DNA of 64,000 bases from Hypanus sabinus (Eukaryota). The stretch's first letter is position 1. Every line of letters starts with the position of its first letter. A program made the position numbers and the translations under genes. Below the pieces are notes generated by a model. That model searched no databases. It was not told the origin of the DNA and worked only from the letters and a program-made list of their open reading frames with translations. Shown here piece by piece: positions 62,751 to 64,000 of this stretch. The DNA lies in the NCBI RefSeq assembly GCF_030144855.1, contig NC_082726.1:57598001-57662000 (forward strand), in the 5' to 3' direction.

Positions 62751-64000
62751 GTTTCTATCCATGCTAATACCTTTCCTGTAATGTCATGGGTTCCTGTTTT
62801 GTTAAACAGCCTCATGCGTACCTTGTCAAAAGCCTTCTGAAAATCCAAATAAACAACATCCACTGACTCTCCTTTTATCTATCCTAAATAGAATCATTTG
62901 AGGAAATAATATATTTGTCAGGCAAGACTTCCCCGTTTAAAAAAAAAACCATGCTGAATTAGACCTATTTTATCAAAAGCTTCCAAGAACCTCATCCTTA
63001 ATAATAGACTCCAAAATCTTTCCAACAAGTAAAGTCAGGTTAATTGGCTTATAACTTTCGCTCTTCTGCATCCCATCTTTCTTAAAGAGTGGAGTGACAT
63101 TTGATCATTATAATGCCTCCACAGTCTCTTCAGCTACCTTTTTCAGAACCCTGTGATGCAGTCCATCTGGTCCAACTGACTTATCTACCTTCAGGCTTTT
63201 CAGCTTCCCAGGGTTCAGAGACAGGGATGTGGAGGAGTCAGAGGTCAGGTAGGAGTCTAGGCTTTTGCTCTACGTTGGAAGGCCAGCAACGTGGATGGGT
63301 GAAAGAGGACATCCTGTGGATGTCAGACTGGCAAGCACTGTGGATAAGGACCAACTACAATAAGAGGTGGTGACCCACTGGGTCATCTAGTTCCCTACAC
63401 CCACCTCCTCTGCCCCCAGTCAGTGGATTCTGGAATCAGATGTCTATGAGAGCAGGGAGCATGAGAAATGGCACTCCACCCCTCCCCCCAAGGGGAACCT
63501 TAGATTGAAGCCTGAAGATCATTTAGGAAGTCAGGGGTAAGTTTTTTACTCAGAGAGTGGTGAGTGTGAGAAATGGGCTGCCAGCAACGGTGGTGGAGGT
63601 GGATACGATAGGGTCTTTTAAGAGGCTTTTAGATAGGTACATGGAGCTTAGTATAATAGAGGGCTATAGGTAAGCCTAGTAATTTCTAAGGTAAGGACGT
63701 GTTCGGCATAACTTTGTGGGCCGAAGGGTTGTATTGTGCTGTAAGTTTTCTATGTTCTGTGTTTCTAAGTCTGGAAATTGAGGTCTGATGGCCGAAGCCC
63801 TGGGTCTTTGAGTCTGAAGTCCCTGATGAAGTTGGAGGCCCATTGTCCATTGTCTGCAAGTCCACTGGAAACCTGGAGGTCTGCCCTAGGGTTGTGCACA
63901 TGCTGTGTTGATACCAGAATGTGCGGATATAATTGCCAGCTGCTCCCTGGTTGTGTGGGTTGTTAGTGCAAATGACATATTTTGTTATGTTTTGATGTAC

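Noticed and set aside
47177-64000. SCAMP2 exon 2 (expected DPSV...NPF peptide)
   Set aside because: No phase-0 exon with that peptide was found by eye. It probably lies beyond the window, though I may have missed it.

Overview
Repeat-rich vertebrate genomic DNA, most likely a cartilaginous fish (ray or shark). This is inferred from the HE1/V-SINE, CR1 and Penelope repeat landscape and from the vertebrate gene models. Three spliced host genes were reconstructed by hand with GT-AG boundaries. STOML1 exons 1-4 lie on the minus strand and the gene runs off the left edge. MPI (mannose-6-phosphate isomerase) is complete on the minus strand, with 8 exons and 420 aa. SCAMP2 exon 1 is on the plus strand, head-to-head with MPI. 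The most striking element is a very young, GC/CpG-rich 4212-bp Ty3/Gypsy LTR retrotransposon of the CsRn1/Kabuki/Boudicca type in MPI intron 1. It has identical 214-bp LTRs, a GTAG TSD, a tRNA-Trp PBS, a CHCC Gag, a G GGA AAC slippery site with a predicted pseudoknot, an integrase ending in an AT-hook-like motif, and one frameshift lesion in protease. Also present are Penelope-like elements carrying minimal hammerhead-ribozyme motifs (one subfamily with a non-canonical core, one copy interrupted by telomeric repeats), CR1, Rex1, Tc1, RTE-derived SINEs and an intronic minisatellite. Nearly all short ORFs in the supplied track are repeat remnants or noise.
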